NCBI GenBank assembly: GCA_018650465.1
Contig: JABIFY010000107.1
Location: 48,209-112,208 of the forward strand
Direction of reading: 5' to 3'
Origin: Alphaproteobacteria bacterium
GTDB lineage: Bacteria; Pseudomonadota; Alphaproteobacteria; UBA2966
DNA length: 64,000 bases
Shown one piece after another: positions 19,573 to 28,360 of this stretch. The notes below the pieces were generated by a model, which searched no databases, was not told the origin of the DNA, and saw only the letters and a list, made by a program, of their open reading frames with translations. Position 1 is the first letter of the stretch. The number at the start of each line of letters is the position of its first letter. The translations under genes and the position numbers were made by a program.

Positions 19573-20211
19573 CTATTCATTATCCGGCTGGTTATCTGGA
19601 TGCGCCTGCTGGAAGGCTTCCAGTTCCTGGCAGGCATCATGGATTCGCATGACGGTCGGATAGGCCGACACATCGCAATCAAATCGCTGGGCGTTGTAAA
19701 TTTGCGGTATCAGAAAAACATCGGCGAGGCTTAATTCATCACCATGGCAATAGGTGCCTGTAAGTGGACTGTCGGATACCATAGCTTCAAAGCCGCCCAG
19801 ACCGGCGGCGATCCAGTGCTGGTACCAGCGCATCTTTTGGACATCACTCAAACCCATATCGTTGACCAGATAGTTCAGCACACTGATGTTATTCAGGGGG
19901 TGGATATCGCAGGCGACGATTTGGCACAGAGACCGTACCCTGGAACGTCCGGCTGCACCTGCAGGCAGCAGTTTCACGCCCGGCCCGGTTTCTTCCAAAT
20001 ATTCGGCGATGGCCATGGATTGCGTGATAACGGTTTCCCCGTCCAGCAATGCCGGGACACGCCCTTGCGGATTAAGTTCCAGATATCCTGGTTGCAGATG
20101 TTCACCCTTGCGCAGGGAAACAAACTGCTGGTCGCAATCAATGCCTTTCAGATTCAGGGCGATGCGAATGCGGTAAGCAGCGGAAGAACGGAAGAAGCCA
20201 TAGAGTTTCAT
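19573..20211 (-). CDS. maiA: Maleylacetoacetate isomerase (zeta-class GST)
   Basis: MKLYGFFRSSAAYRIRIALNLKG, NPQGRVP, ACDIHPLNN, HPDNQPD. Confidence 0.93.
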   Translation of the reverse strand: MKLYGFFRSSAAYRIRIALNLKGIDCDQQFVSLRKGEHLQPGYLELNPQGRVPALLDGETVITQSMAIAEYLEETGPGVKLLPAGAAGRSRVRSLCQIVACDIHPLNNISVLNYLVNDMGLSDVQKMRWYQHWIAAGLGGFEAMVSDSPLTGTYCHGDELSLADVFLIPQIYNAQRFDCDVSAYPTVMRIHDACQELEAFQQAHPDNQPDNE

Positions 20212-20283
20212 AATCAAATCCTGTTTTGATCTATTCCGGCTGATTGTTGCCCCATTGTCAACGCTATGGGCCAACGTCATGGG

Positions 20284-21078
20284 TCAACGCCAACCGATAC
20301 GACCTATGCCTGGCAACTTGATGGCAAGTGGACTGGGATCAAGACCAAAGGCTGCCCCCAGAACATTGACTTCAATGCCCTCCTCTCGACCTGCCAGGAT
20401 GCCGAACAGCCCGCCCAGGGAAAACTGGAAGCCCCGCCCACCTGGTGGTACGGAGAATACGTCGCTATCACCAAGGTAATCCTTGCCCACAGCAGTGACC
20501 GGTAATCGCAAGCCGAGGTCTGGAACCTGACGCCCGATCCAGGCCGTAAAACTGTTTGAATTGGGCCCAGGCCAGGTGCGGTATTGATCTGCCCAGGGAT
20601 AGCGCGCCACTGCACTCTGGATCTTGCTGATCAACTCGGCAGCCTTGGGGCCACGGATGTCCGTCAATAATTCCGGTTTGACGGAAAACCAGCGGCCGTC
20701 AGGCGTCGCATGACTGATCTTTATGAGGGGTCGGCCATAATATTGCCGCCAGCCAATGACTTCAAACCGCGTATATTGATCAGCGCCGGCTTTTTTCACC
20801 ACAATCCAGCTGTGAACGGCAAAAACACCACGCCAGCCCCAGGTTCGGGCGGCATAGGCCTGAATGACGGCTTCATGGGTTGTCACCGGATTTGGTGCCT
20901 GGCCGGTTGCAGCACGGCTGGCCGTGCTCCAGTGAACGGTGCCACGAGCAGCAACCAGGGCTGCGCTGCCCATCAAGGGAGCGACCAACAAAGCCATCAA
21001 CCACCAGGCAATGCGTCGTCGCCAGCGAATATGGCGTGGTTCAATCTTCAAAGGGGCAGTGCTGTTTGCTTCTGTCAT
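20284..21078 (-). CDS. DUF3750 family protein
   Basis: YAARTWGWRGVFAVHSW, Y.RFEV.GW, Y..WPGPNSNSF, LPVTAVGKDY. Confidence 0.8.
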   Translation of the reverse strand: MTEANSTAPLKIEPRHIRWRRRIAWWLMALLVAPLMGSAALVAARGTVHWSTASRAATGQAPNPVTTHEAVIQAYAARTWGWRGVFAVHSWIVVKKAGADQYTRFEVIGWRQYYGRPLIKISHATPDGRWFSVKPELLTDIRGPKAAELISKIQSAVARYPWADQYRTWPGPNSNSFTAWIGRQVPDLGLRLPVTAVGKDYLGDSDVFSVPPGGRGFQFSLGGLFGILAGREEGIEVNVLGAAFGLDPSPLAIKLPGIGRIGWR

Positions 21079-21352
21079 GCAGATTGCCTTTCACAACCCG
21101 GATTATGAAGTGGTCCTGTGTATCGTTCAACGTTTGGGCCATTGGCTGATGTTCAAATTTCTGTATGTCAGAAGTGATTACAAAAAATTTAGAAAAATTT
21201 TATGACAATAATAAGTAAATACATATCTATATTTATTAAATACATAAACGATAGTTTTCAAATACTTAAATATCCATATTGATTAATTGAAAGTATGTAT
21301 TATTATTTACTTGGATCAATACCAGGTAATGCTTTCAACCGGAGGAATTTCA

Positions 21353-21517
21353 ATGTTTTTAGGCAAAACCAGCAATCCAGAGGCCCCGACGCCAAAGCAT
21401 AAGATAAAAAAACAGGCGGCAGAAATCCTGCAAAAAATTGAAGAAGCCGTTGCTACGAAAAATGACCCGCTTGTCATTCGCCAGTTGATCAAATACCGGA
21501 ACCTCACCAGCACCTGA
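21353..21517 (+). CDS. Small basic hypothetical protein (54 aa)
   Basis: GGAGG RBS 7 nt before ATG 21353; follows an AT-rich block. Confidence 0.55.
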   Translation: MFLGKTSNPEAPTPKHKIKKQAAEILQKIEEAVATKNDPLVIRQLIKYRNLTST

Positions 21518-21593
21518 CAGACGTTCATGACACGTGCATCGCGTCCTGGTTAGCCGACGCAAACGTCAAATTGCAGATCAGCTTAGGTTCGTC

Positions 21594-21621
21594 TTGCACC
21601 AGATATTGTGCATGATATAAC
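21594..21621 (+). promoter_or_regulatory. Putative sigma70 promoter of aroQ-accB-accC
   Basis: TTGCAC-16 nt-TATAAC with an extended -10 TG. Confidence 0.55.
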
Positions 21622-21688
21622 GGATGACAATAAATATTCGCTTTTCAATTGATCTTCCAACCAGGTGATTCCCACGATGTCCCCCACG

Positions 21689-22135
21689 ATGACCAAGACT
21701 GTTATGGTCCTGAATGGCCCCAATCTGAACATGCTGGGCATCCGTGAGCCGGAGATTTACGGCAAGCAAACACTGGATGACGTGGGCATCCTGGTTGCTG
21801 CCCGCGCCAAAACCCATGATCTGACCGCTGACTTTCGCCAGAGTAACCACGAAGGTGAACTTGTCACATGGATCCAGCAAGGTTTGGGCACAGTTGACGG
21901 CTTTGTCATTAATGCCGGTGCCCTGACCCATACCTCTGTGGCCCTGCTTGATGCCTTCAAATCCGTAAACCTGCCGATGATCGAAGTTCATCTGTCCAAC
22001 GTTTATCAACGCGAGGATTTTCGCCACAAATCCTATTTGAGCCTGATTGCAAATGGTGTCATCTGCGGCTTTGGGATCAACAGCTATTTACTGGCTGTTG
22101 ATGCCATGGCAAAAATATTGAGCCCAGAAATCTGA
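21689..22135 (+). CDS. aroQ: Type II 3-dehydroquinate dehydratase (start 21677 or 21689)
   Basis: LNGPNLNMLG.REPEIYG, QSNHEG, NAGALTHTS, EVHLSNV..RE.FRH.S. Confidence 0.96.
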   Translation: MTKTVMVLNGPNLNMLGIREPEIYGKQTLDDVGILVAARAKTHDLTADFRQSNHEGELVTWIQQGLGTVDGFVINAGALTHTSVALLDAFKSVNLPMIEVHLSNVYQREDFRHKSYLSLIANGVICGFGINSYLLAVDAMAKILSPEI

Positions 22136-22181
22136 TAACGTACCTGATCCTTTTCCGCCTTTTCATGAGAGACCACACCGC

Positions 22182-22640
22182 ATGGCCAACAAACCCACCG
22201 TCGATAAAGAACTGATCCGAGACCTCGCCACTTTGATGGATGAAACCGGTTTAACGGAGATAGAACTTGGCGATGGGCCAACACGCCTCAGGGTCGCCCG
22301 CGGTGGTGTGAGCATGATGGCAGCGCCGCCACCCATGGCAGCCGCACAGGCGATACCGGTTATGGGAACCAATGAACCCACCGCTGGCAGCGATTTATCC
22401 GGTCTTCCAGGGGCCGTCAATTCACCCATGGTCGGCACAGTTTATGTAGCGCCAGAACCGGGTTTGCCGGCCTTCGTCAAGGTTGGTGATGTGGTCACTG
22501 CAGGCCAGACCCTGTTGATTATTGAAGCCATGAAAACCATGAACACAATTCCGGCCCCCATTAATGGCAAGGTCTCACAAATCCTGATTGGCGACGGCAC
22601 ACCGGTGGAATTCGGTGAAACCCTGATCGTTATTGAATAG
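22182..22640 (+). CDS. accB: Biotin carboxyl carrier protein
   Basis: SPMVGT and IIEAMKTMN biotinylation motif. Confidence 0.97.
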   Translation: MANKPTVDKELIRDLATLMDETGLTEIELGDGPTRLRVARGGVSMMAAPPPMAAAQAIPVMGTNEPTAGSDLSGLPGAVNSPMVGTVYVAPEPGLPAFVKVGDVVTAGQTLLIIEAMKTMNTIPAPINGKVSQILIGDGTPVEFGETLIVIE

Positions 22641-22654
22641 GACCGGATCAATAA

Positions 22655-23998
22655 ATGTTTGAAAAGGTCCTGATCGCCAGCCGTGGTGAAATAGCGCTGC
22701 GCATTCATCGTGCTTGTCGCGAAATGGGTATTAATACTGTCGCCGTGCATTCCACCGCCGACGCCCACGCCATGCATGTGCGCCTGGCCGACGAAGCCGT
22801 CTGCATCGGCCCGCCTGCCGCCGCTGACAGTTATTTGAATATTCCGGCAATTATTTCTGCCGCTGAAATTACCGGCGCGGATGCCATTCATCCCGGTTAC
22901 GGGTTTTTGTCCGAGAACGCCAATTTTGCCAAAATCGTTGATGCCCACGGGATCACTTTTGTCGGTCCCACGTCAGAACATATCGCCCTCATGGGTGACA
23001 AAATCGCAGCCAAGGACGCGGTCAAGCGTCTCGGCATACCAGTTGTTCCAGGCAGTGAAGGTGGTGTGACGACGGAAGAAGAAGCCCGCAAGGTTTCCGA
23101 AGAGATCGGCTACCCGGTGATCATCAAGGCCGCTGCCGGTGGCGGTGGTCGCGGCATGAAAGTCGCACAGACAGCCGAAGATGTGGGTGCGGCCCTCAGT
23201 GCGGCCCGCACGGAATCAAAAGCCGCTTTTGGCGATGATGCAGTTTATATCGAAAAGTATCTCGGCAAACCGCGCCATATTGAAGTCCAGATTCTGGCCG
23301 ACAGCCACGGCAATGTTGTGCATCTGGGAGAACGCGATTGTTCCCTGCAACGTCGCCATCAGAAGGTCCTGGAAGAAGCCCCCTCACCTGCCCTGAACGC
23401 CAGCCAGCGCGCCGAGATTGGCGAAACCGTTTCAAAGGCGATTTCCGGTCTGGGTTACCTCGGCGCCGGCACCGTCGAGTTTCTCTATGAAGATGGTGGA
23501 TTTTATTTCATTGAGATGAACACCAGGCTTCAGGTTGAGCATCCTATAACCGAAGCTATTACCGGCATTGATATCGTACGCGAGCAATTGCGTATTGCCG
23601 ATGGCGCACCCCTCAGCTTCAGCCAAGACGACATCACCTTCACCGGCCATGCCATTGAATGCCGGATCAATGCCGAGGACCCGAATACCTTTATACCGAT
23701 GCCTGGCCAGATCACGGATTATCATGCCCCGGGCGGCCTGGATGTGCGCGTCGATTCGGCCATCTATTCCGGCTACAAGGTGCCGCCCTATTACGACAGT
23801 CTGATCGCCAAGCTGGTCGTGCGCGGTGGCAATCGCAATGAATGTATTATGCGCCTGCGCCGGGCGCTCGAAGAATATGTCATTGGCGGCGTGCCGACGA
23901 CGCTGGACGTGCATCGAAGTCTGATTGGCAATGCCGATTTCCAGAACGGCGATTATGACATCCACTGGCTGGAAAACTTCATCGCCAACCGGGAATAA
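22655..23998 (+). CDS. accC: Biotin carboxylase
   Basis: RGEIALR, HPGYGFLSEN, GGGGRGM, ERDCSLQRRHQK, EMNTRLQVEHP. Confidence 0.98.
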   Translation: MFEKVLIASRGEIALRIHRACREMGINTVAVHSTADAHAMHVRLADEAVCIGPPAAADSYLNIPAIISAAEITGADAIHPGYGFLSENANFAKIVDAHGITFVGPTSEHIALMGDKIAAKDAVKRLGIPVVPGSEGGVTTEEEARKVSEEIGYPVIIKAAAGGGGRGMKVAQTAEDVGAALSAARTESKAAFGDDAVYIEKYLGKPRHIEVQILADSHGNVVHLGERDCSLQRRHQKVLEEAPSPALNASQRAEIGETVSKAISGLGYLGAGTVEFLYEDGGFYFIEMNTRLQVEHPITEAITGIDIVREQLRIADGAPLSFSQDDITFTGHAIECRINAEDPNTFIPMPGQITDYHAPGGLDVRVDSAIYSGYKVPPYYDSLIAKLVVRGGNRNECIMRLRRALEEYVIGGVPTTLDVHRSLIGNADFQNGDYDIHWLENFIANRE

Positions 23999-24040
23999 TG
24001 CTGTTGGGAAGTAGAAGAGGCCCCTACCACCAGACTCTTC

Positions 24041-24155
24041 GTCATGCCGGACTTGATCCGGCATCCATGCCTAAATCAAATTTTCTGCGTTTGAACTGGA
24101 CGCGTAGACCCCGGATGTCATGCGATAGCGTGCACAGCACGGCGTCCGGGGTGAC
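24041..24155. repeat. REP-like inverted doublet (GTCA-stem-CTTGA-stem family)
   Basis: GTCATGCCGGACTTGATCCGGCATCCA (24041-24067) and TAGACCCCGGA[29 nt]TCCGGGGTGAC (24105-24155). Confidence 0.75.
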
Positions 24156-24185
24156 GGAGTACTTTGCTGGCAAGTACGTGCGACC

Positions 24186-24857
24186 ATGACCGCCGAAATT
24201 ATTCTCACCCCTGACCTGGTTTTGCAGGCTTATGCCATCGGGGTTTTTCCCATGGCCGATGGTCGCGAAGATGACCACATCTTTTGGGTCGATCCGGACA
24301 AGCGCGGTATCTTGCCCCTGGACAAATTTCACGTCTCCAAACGTTTGCGAAAAACCGTGCGTAATGATCATTTTGTGGTCACAGTCGACACTGACTTTAA
24401 AGGCGTGATGGAAGCCTGTGCCGAAGATACACCGCGCCGTTCTTCAACCTGGATCAACGATGAGATCATCGATCTTTATGTCGCCTTGTTTAAGCGGGGT
24501 TATGCCCACAGCGTCGAATGTTATTTGCTTGAGGATGGCAAAAGGACACTGGTTGGCGGGCTGTATGGGGTCAGTATGGGGGGGGCCTTTTTTGGTGAAA
24601 GCATGTTCACCCGTGTGCGCGACGCCAGCAAAGTGGCACTTGTTCATCTTGTCGGACGCCTGAATGCTGGCGGCTATCAGTTGCTGGATACCCAATTTGT
24701 GACCGACCATCTGGCCGGTTTCGGGGCCATTGAAATTCCCCGTGATGTCTACCAGGTCCGGCTGCAGAAAGCCCTGGAAAAAGCTGCGAATTTCTACTCC
24801 ACGCCAGCCGAAGTGGATGGATCATCAATATTGCAATCGATTACCCAAACGTCATAA
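24186..24857 (+). CDS. aat: Leucyl/phenylalanyl-tRNA--protein transferase
   Basis: [45 protein letters not shown]. Confidence 0.96.
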   Translation: MTAEIILTPDLVLQAYAIGVFPMADGREDDHIFWVDPDKRGILPLDKFHVSKRLRKTVRNDHFVVTVDTDFKGVMEACAEDTPRRSSTWINDEIIDLYVALFKRGYAHSVECYLLEDGKRTLVGGLYGVSMGGAFFGESMFTRVRDASKVALVHLVGRLNAGGYQLLDTQFVTDHLAGFGAIEIPRDVYQVRLQKALEKAANFYSTPAEVDGSSILQSITQTS

Positions 24858-25225
24858 ACAGGATGCTCCATGGCCGACAGGGCCGGACTGGAGGCAAACA
24901 TAAATCCGCTGAACAGTTTTTCTGGCGCTTCGCCCGGCTTGTCGTCAATAATTTCGATAAAGGCAGTTACTTCCGGTGGCTCTTCCGGTGGCCGTTTATC
25001 GCAGGACCGCACGGTGATCAACAAACTGCCAAAACGAATACCACGCCCGACACCCACATTCAGTTTGGTAATCCGGGCTGTCACCTTGTCCAACCCCTGA
25101 AGGATCGCCGTCTTGGTGACCTGGCCACTATCTTGGGCCTGGGCTTGATGGGCTGGTGCTGACAAAAAAGCTGTAAACAAAACCAGACAACTGATACGGC
25201 AAAATGTCGTTATCGCTGACATCAT
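24794..25225 (-). CDS. DUF2155 family exported protein
   Basis: Signal peptide; [41 protein letters not shown]. Confidence 0.9.
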   Translation of the reverse strand: MMSAITTFCRISCLVLFTAFLSAPAHQAQAQDSGQVTKTAILQGLDKVTARITKLNVGVGRGIRFGSLLITVRSCDKRPPEEPPEVTAFIEIIDDKPGEAPEKLFSGFMFASSPALSAMEHPVYDVWVIDCNIDDPSTSAGVE

Positions 25226-25227
25226 TT

Positions 25228-25989
25228 TCAGCCTTTGAAACTCGCACTAAACCGCAGGCGCACATAATCAGCCGTCCAGTTTCCGTCAGCATCCTGCAAG
25301 TCGTCGGCCAGATCGGCTTCAATTCCTTGCAGGAAGGCATCTTGTTCAGTCTCGGGCACAGGGGCGACAAAATCCTGGGCCAGGGTTTTGATCCAGTCAG
25401 CCATACGGCCCGGCAAGGGGGTCGGCCTGGGGATCAACACCGCACTGGTCACGTCAAAACCGTGGGCAGATAACAAGGCCGAATAGTCTTCCGGGGTGGG
25501 AAAGTACCAGGGGTTAGCAGCTTCCCCATCCAGGCCACGGGCATTCAGGGCCGCGATCGATGCTTCCCTGATTTTGCTGACATTGCCATAACCACCAAAT
25601 TCACCGACAAAGCGGCCGCCGGGTTTCAGGGCCGTTGCGACACCAGCAACAACTGCTTCCGGCGGCTTGATCCAATGCAAAGCGGCGTTACTGAAAACGC
25701 CTTCGAATTCATCCGCGTAAATCAGATGTGTCGCATCCATGACGTGCGCATCCAGGCCCAGCTTGCGGGCGGCGGCGACTTGCGAGGGGCTGTGATCTAT
25801 GGCCACCACATCGGAACCAGCGGCAACGATCTTTTGCGTCAGGGCTCCGTCCCCACAGCCGATATCCAGAATTCGTTCGCCAGGCTTCGGGGCGAGTAAA
25901 TCCAGCACAGGCGCACCCAGGTCGGAAACAAATCGCGCATTATTTGCGTAATTGTCGGAATTCCAGGTTTGTTTGGAAGAATTTATCAT
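25228..25989 (-). CDS. Class I SAM-dependent methyltransferase (Tam-like)
   Basis: ILDIGCGDG, FSNAALHW, LKPGGRFV, DYVRLRF. Confidence 0.9.
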   Translation of the reverse strand: MINSSKQTWNSDNYANNARFVSDLGAPVLDLLAPKPGERILDIGCGDGALTQKIVAAGSDVVAIDHSPSQVAAARKLGLDAHVMDATHLIYADEFEGVFSNAALHWIKPPEAVVAGVATALKPGGRFVGEFGGYGNVSKIREASIAALNARGLDGEAANPWYFPTPEDYSALLSAHGFDVTSAVLIPRPTPLPGRMADWIKTLAQDFVAPVPETEQDAFLQGIEADLADDLQDADGNWTADYVRLRFSASFKG

Positions 25990-26037
25990 TTGGCCCTCAT
26001 CACTGATGGTCAGACGGTTGAAAGAGCTAACCTGCAG

Positions 26038-26502
26038 TTATTTCTTTTCGCCCTTGTCGGCGTCATCCGAGCTGAACATGAACTTGCCAATCAATGCTTC
26101 GAGGCTAACCGAGGACTGGGTGAATTTGATTTCGCCGCCGGGCTCTATCATGTCGTCGGCACCGCCGGGCACGAGAGACATATATTTGCTGCCCAACAAA
26201 CCGTCAGAGACAACTTCGGCAGAAGAATCTTCCGGTAACAGGACTGCCGGATCAATACTCATGCGCACGACCGCCAGATAGTCTTCTGTATCGAGGCTTT
26301 GATCGGTGATGGTGCCGACCTTGATGCCGCTCATGCGGACATCGGATCCGGCACTGAGCCCGTCGATGCGTTCAAACCGGGCGACTACTTCATAACCGGT
26401 GACGGCGCCCACATCGGCGCGGCCATAGGCGAAGGTCAAAAATGCCACAGCAACGGCCAGAACGACCGCCCCGATCAGTGTTTCGACAACATTGCCGCCC
26501 AT
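26038..26502 (-). CDS. mlaD: MCE-domain lipid asymmetry protein
   Basis: N-terminal TM; GL..GSDVRMSGIKVG; SDGLLGSKY..L.PG. Confidence 0.9.
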   Translation of the reverse strand: MGGNVVETLIGAVVLAVAVAFLTFAYGRADVGAVTGYEVVARFERIDGLSAGSDVRMSGIKVGTITDQSLDTEDYLAVVRMSIDPAVLLPEDSSAEVVSDGLLGSKYMSLVPGGADDMIEPGGEIKFTQSSVSLEALIGKFMFSSDDADKGEKK

Positions 26503-26558
26503 ATGTCTTTTCCCCCGGATCAGACTATTCGATTATTATTTTCTTTTGACGCCCTGAT

Positions 26559-26963
26559 CTAGGAGGGCTGCCAAGGCTCATAATCTGCACTGGCAGCTGC
26601 CCGCTTACCGCCCAGTGACGGATGCCCCGGCGGATAATAAGCCTGATCCGTGCCGGTAACGTTGGCATTATGCGGTTGAACCCATGATTTGCTGTCATCC
26701 CGGCCTTGATCGACCGGCACCACATCAACGGTTTTATGCAGCCAGGCATGCCATTGTGGCGGCACCTTGGAGGCTTCGATATCACCGTTGTACATGACCC
26801 AGCGACGGGCACTGCGGCCCTCGCGGCCCTTTTCCAGGTAATAGCGATTGCCAAAGCCATCAACACCGACTTCTTCGCCCCGATACCAGGTCTGCAATTT
26901 TGTGCCCCAGGTGGCTTCCCGCCACCACGTAAACAAGCCTAAAACGCCCATGATCTGCGCCAA
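26559..26963 (-). CDS. NADH:ubiquinone oxidoreductase NDUFA12 (17.2 kDa) subunit homolog
   Basis: VG.D.FGNRYY, RRWVMY, EASKVPPQWHAWLH, N.TGT..AY.P, Y.PW.P. Confidence 0.92.
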   Translation of the reverse strand: MAQIMGVLGLFTWWREATWGTKLQTWYRGEEVGVDGFGNRYYLEKGREGRSARRWVMYNGDIEASKVPPQWHAWLHKTVDVVPVDQGRDDSKSWVQPHNANVTGTDQAYYPPGHPSLGGKRAAASADYEPWQPS

Positions 26964-27127
26964 TCCTCAAGCAAAATTCGTTGCCCGGACTATAGGCGGG
27001 ATGCCCCTCACGCGTCCAGAGCTTTGACACATTCTCTGGCGTGACCGGATGACGCATTATCTGGCGAAAAAGACCGGGTTTCAACTTTGTTCCGGAACCA
27101 GTGCGGTTGCTGCCGGCCCCCTTGTCA

Positions 27128-27865
27128 TCAATCGTCTGAGGCAGAAACTTCTCCAAGAACAAAATCTTTCCTGATTCTGCCTAGTTCACCACTTTTTTTC
27201 ATGTTCAGAATAACTTCTGCAATCCGGGGAACAAGCTCGGCCTTGCTTTCATGCAGGTAGTGGAAAACGGGTAATACAATCAGATCATCACGAATAACCC
27301 TGATCGGTGTGTCCTTGTATTCCCGGTTTATTGTCATCATGCCAGACAGGTCAATGGCAATTATCAGGTCGACCCTGTCTCGAACAAGCATCTTGAACAG
27401 TTGTGAAATCGTTTTTGCGTAGTGGCGATTATACCCATCAGTCAACCGGTCTGAATACAATACGCCCCTCAGAACACCGATGCGATATTTTGATAGATCG
27501 TCCAGCGTCCCGAGTTCCACTTCATCCTTGATCGCAAATGCCGCCCCCCGAACAACGAACAGTTCAGTGGCAATGCGAACCAGTGTCGGGCTCTTTTTCC
27601 CGTACGCCTTGACCCGGGCGACTTCGCCTGATGACACCCCGTTGATCGCATTTGAACGGGCCCGTTTTCCCGGCAGAAAAACCACATCAGCTTCATAACC
27701 GATCTTGTGATATGCCCGTACGAGAATTTCCCTGGCCAGTTTGACCGTGTCACTGCCAGCGATGGCAGTAAGGGATATTTTTCTTTCCCCGGCCCCATAG
27801 GCAGGAACGGCCTGAACTGAAAACACCAGAACTGCTAACAACAGCGTTTGCCAGATCTGCCTCAT
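27128..27865 (-). CDS. Orphan periplasmic substrate-binding protein (family 3-like)
   Basis: Signal peptide; PGKRA, DL..YRIGVLRG, FKML...RVD, M..SGEL..I. No adjacent permease. Confidence 0.75.
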   Translation of the reverse strand: MRQIWQTLLLAVLVFSVQAVPAYGAGERKISLTAIAGSDTVKLAREILVRAYHKIGYEADVVFLPGKRARSNAINGVSSGEVARVKAYGKKSPTLVRIATELFVVRGAAFAIKDEVELGTLDDLSKYRIGVLRGVLYSDRLTDGYNRHYAKTISQLFKMLVRDRVDLIIAIDLSGMMTINREYKDTPIRVIRDDLIVLPVFHYLHESKAELVPRIAEVILNMKKSGELGRIRKDFVLGEVSASDD

Positions 27866-27993
27866 GATACCCAAGCCAAATAGTTGAATTAAATTTCGAA
27901 TCATCCAGTAGTAACAAATCCGTCCGGCTACTTCCACCAATTCATTTCAATTTTGGCCAGAGTCTGCCGGAATATGGGTGTCAAGCTTTAAAT

Positions 27994-28082
27994 ATACCAG
28001 ATATTGTGTATTTTCTGTTGCACGCCCCCATACATTGCCATATCTTGTGCTGGCTGTGTCACGGGGACCCAACATATTGGTG
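27994..28082. promoter_or_regulatory. Three NrdR boxes upstream of nrdJ
   Basis: ATACCAGATATTGTGT (27994), TTGCCATATCTTGTGC (28035) and ACCCAACATATTGGTG (28067) resemble acaCwAtATaTwGtgt. Start-to-start spacings are 41 and 32 bp, i.e. whole helical turns. Confidence 0.8.
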
Positions 28083-28199
28083 GGTCGAAATCGGGGATGT
28101 CGTCGGAACAAGGGCCGAATAGACGGAAAAGAGGCTGAAAAAGGCCAAATCCGCGGGCTGAAGTTTCTGACGGGGGATGCCAAAGAATTAAAACTGTTT

Positions 28200-28304
28200 G
28201 AATCGAGATGACTTGAATTGAGATGACCTGGGTCGAAATGGCCTGCATCGAGACCAATCAAGTCGAGACCAGCTGGGTCGAGATGGTTCAAAACAAGATG
28301 ATTT
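28200..28304. repeat. 6-7 degenerate 15-bp tandem repeats in the nrdJ leader
   Basis: GAATCGAGATGACTT/GAATTGAGATGACCT/GGGTCGAAATGGCCT/GCATCGAGACCAATC/AAGTCGAGACCAGCT/GGGTCGAGATGGTTC/AAAACAAGATGATTT. Confidence 0.8.
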
Positions 28305-28360
28305 TTTGGCGGTTAAACAAATAAAAATGAATTCAACCACTTAGGTCCAGAGGGTCACAC

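Noticed and set aside
28200-28304. Possible mini-CRISPR in the repeat arrays (also 42825-42880 and 43486-43540)
   Set aside because: Units are 11-15 bp and contiguous with no unique spacers, and there are no cas genes.
27866-28360. Cobalamin riboswitch upstream of nrdJ
   Set aside because: No recognisable B12-box or conserved riboswitch core by eye; NrdR boxes explain the regulation. An Rfam scan would settle it.
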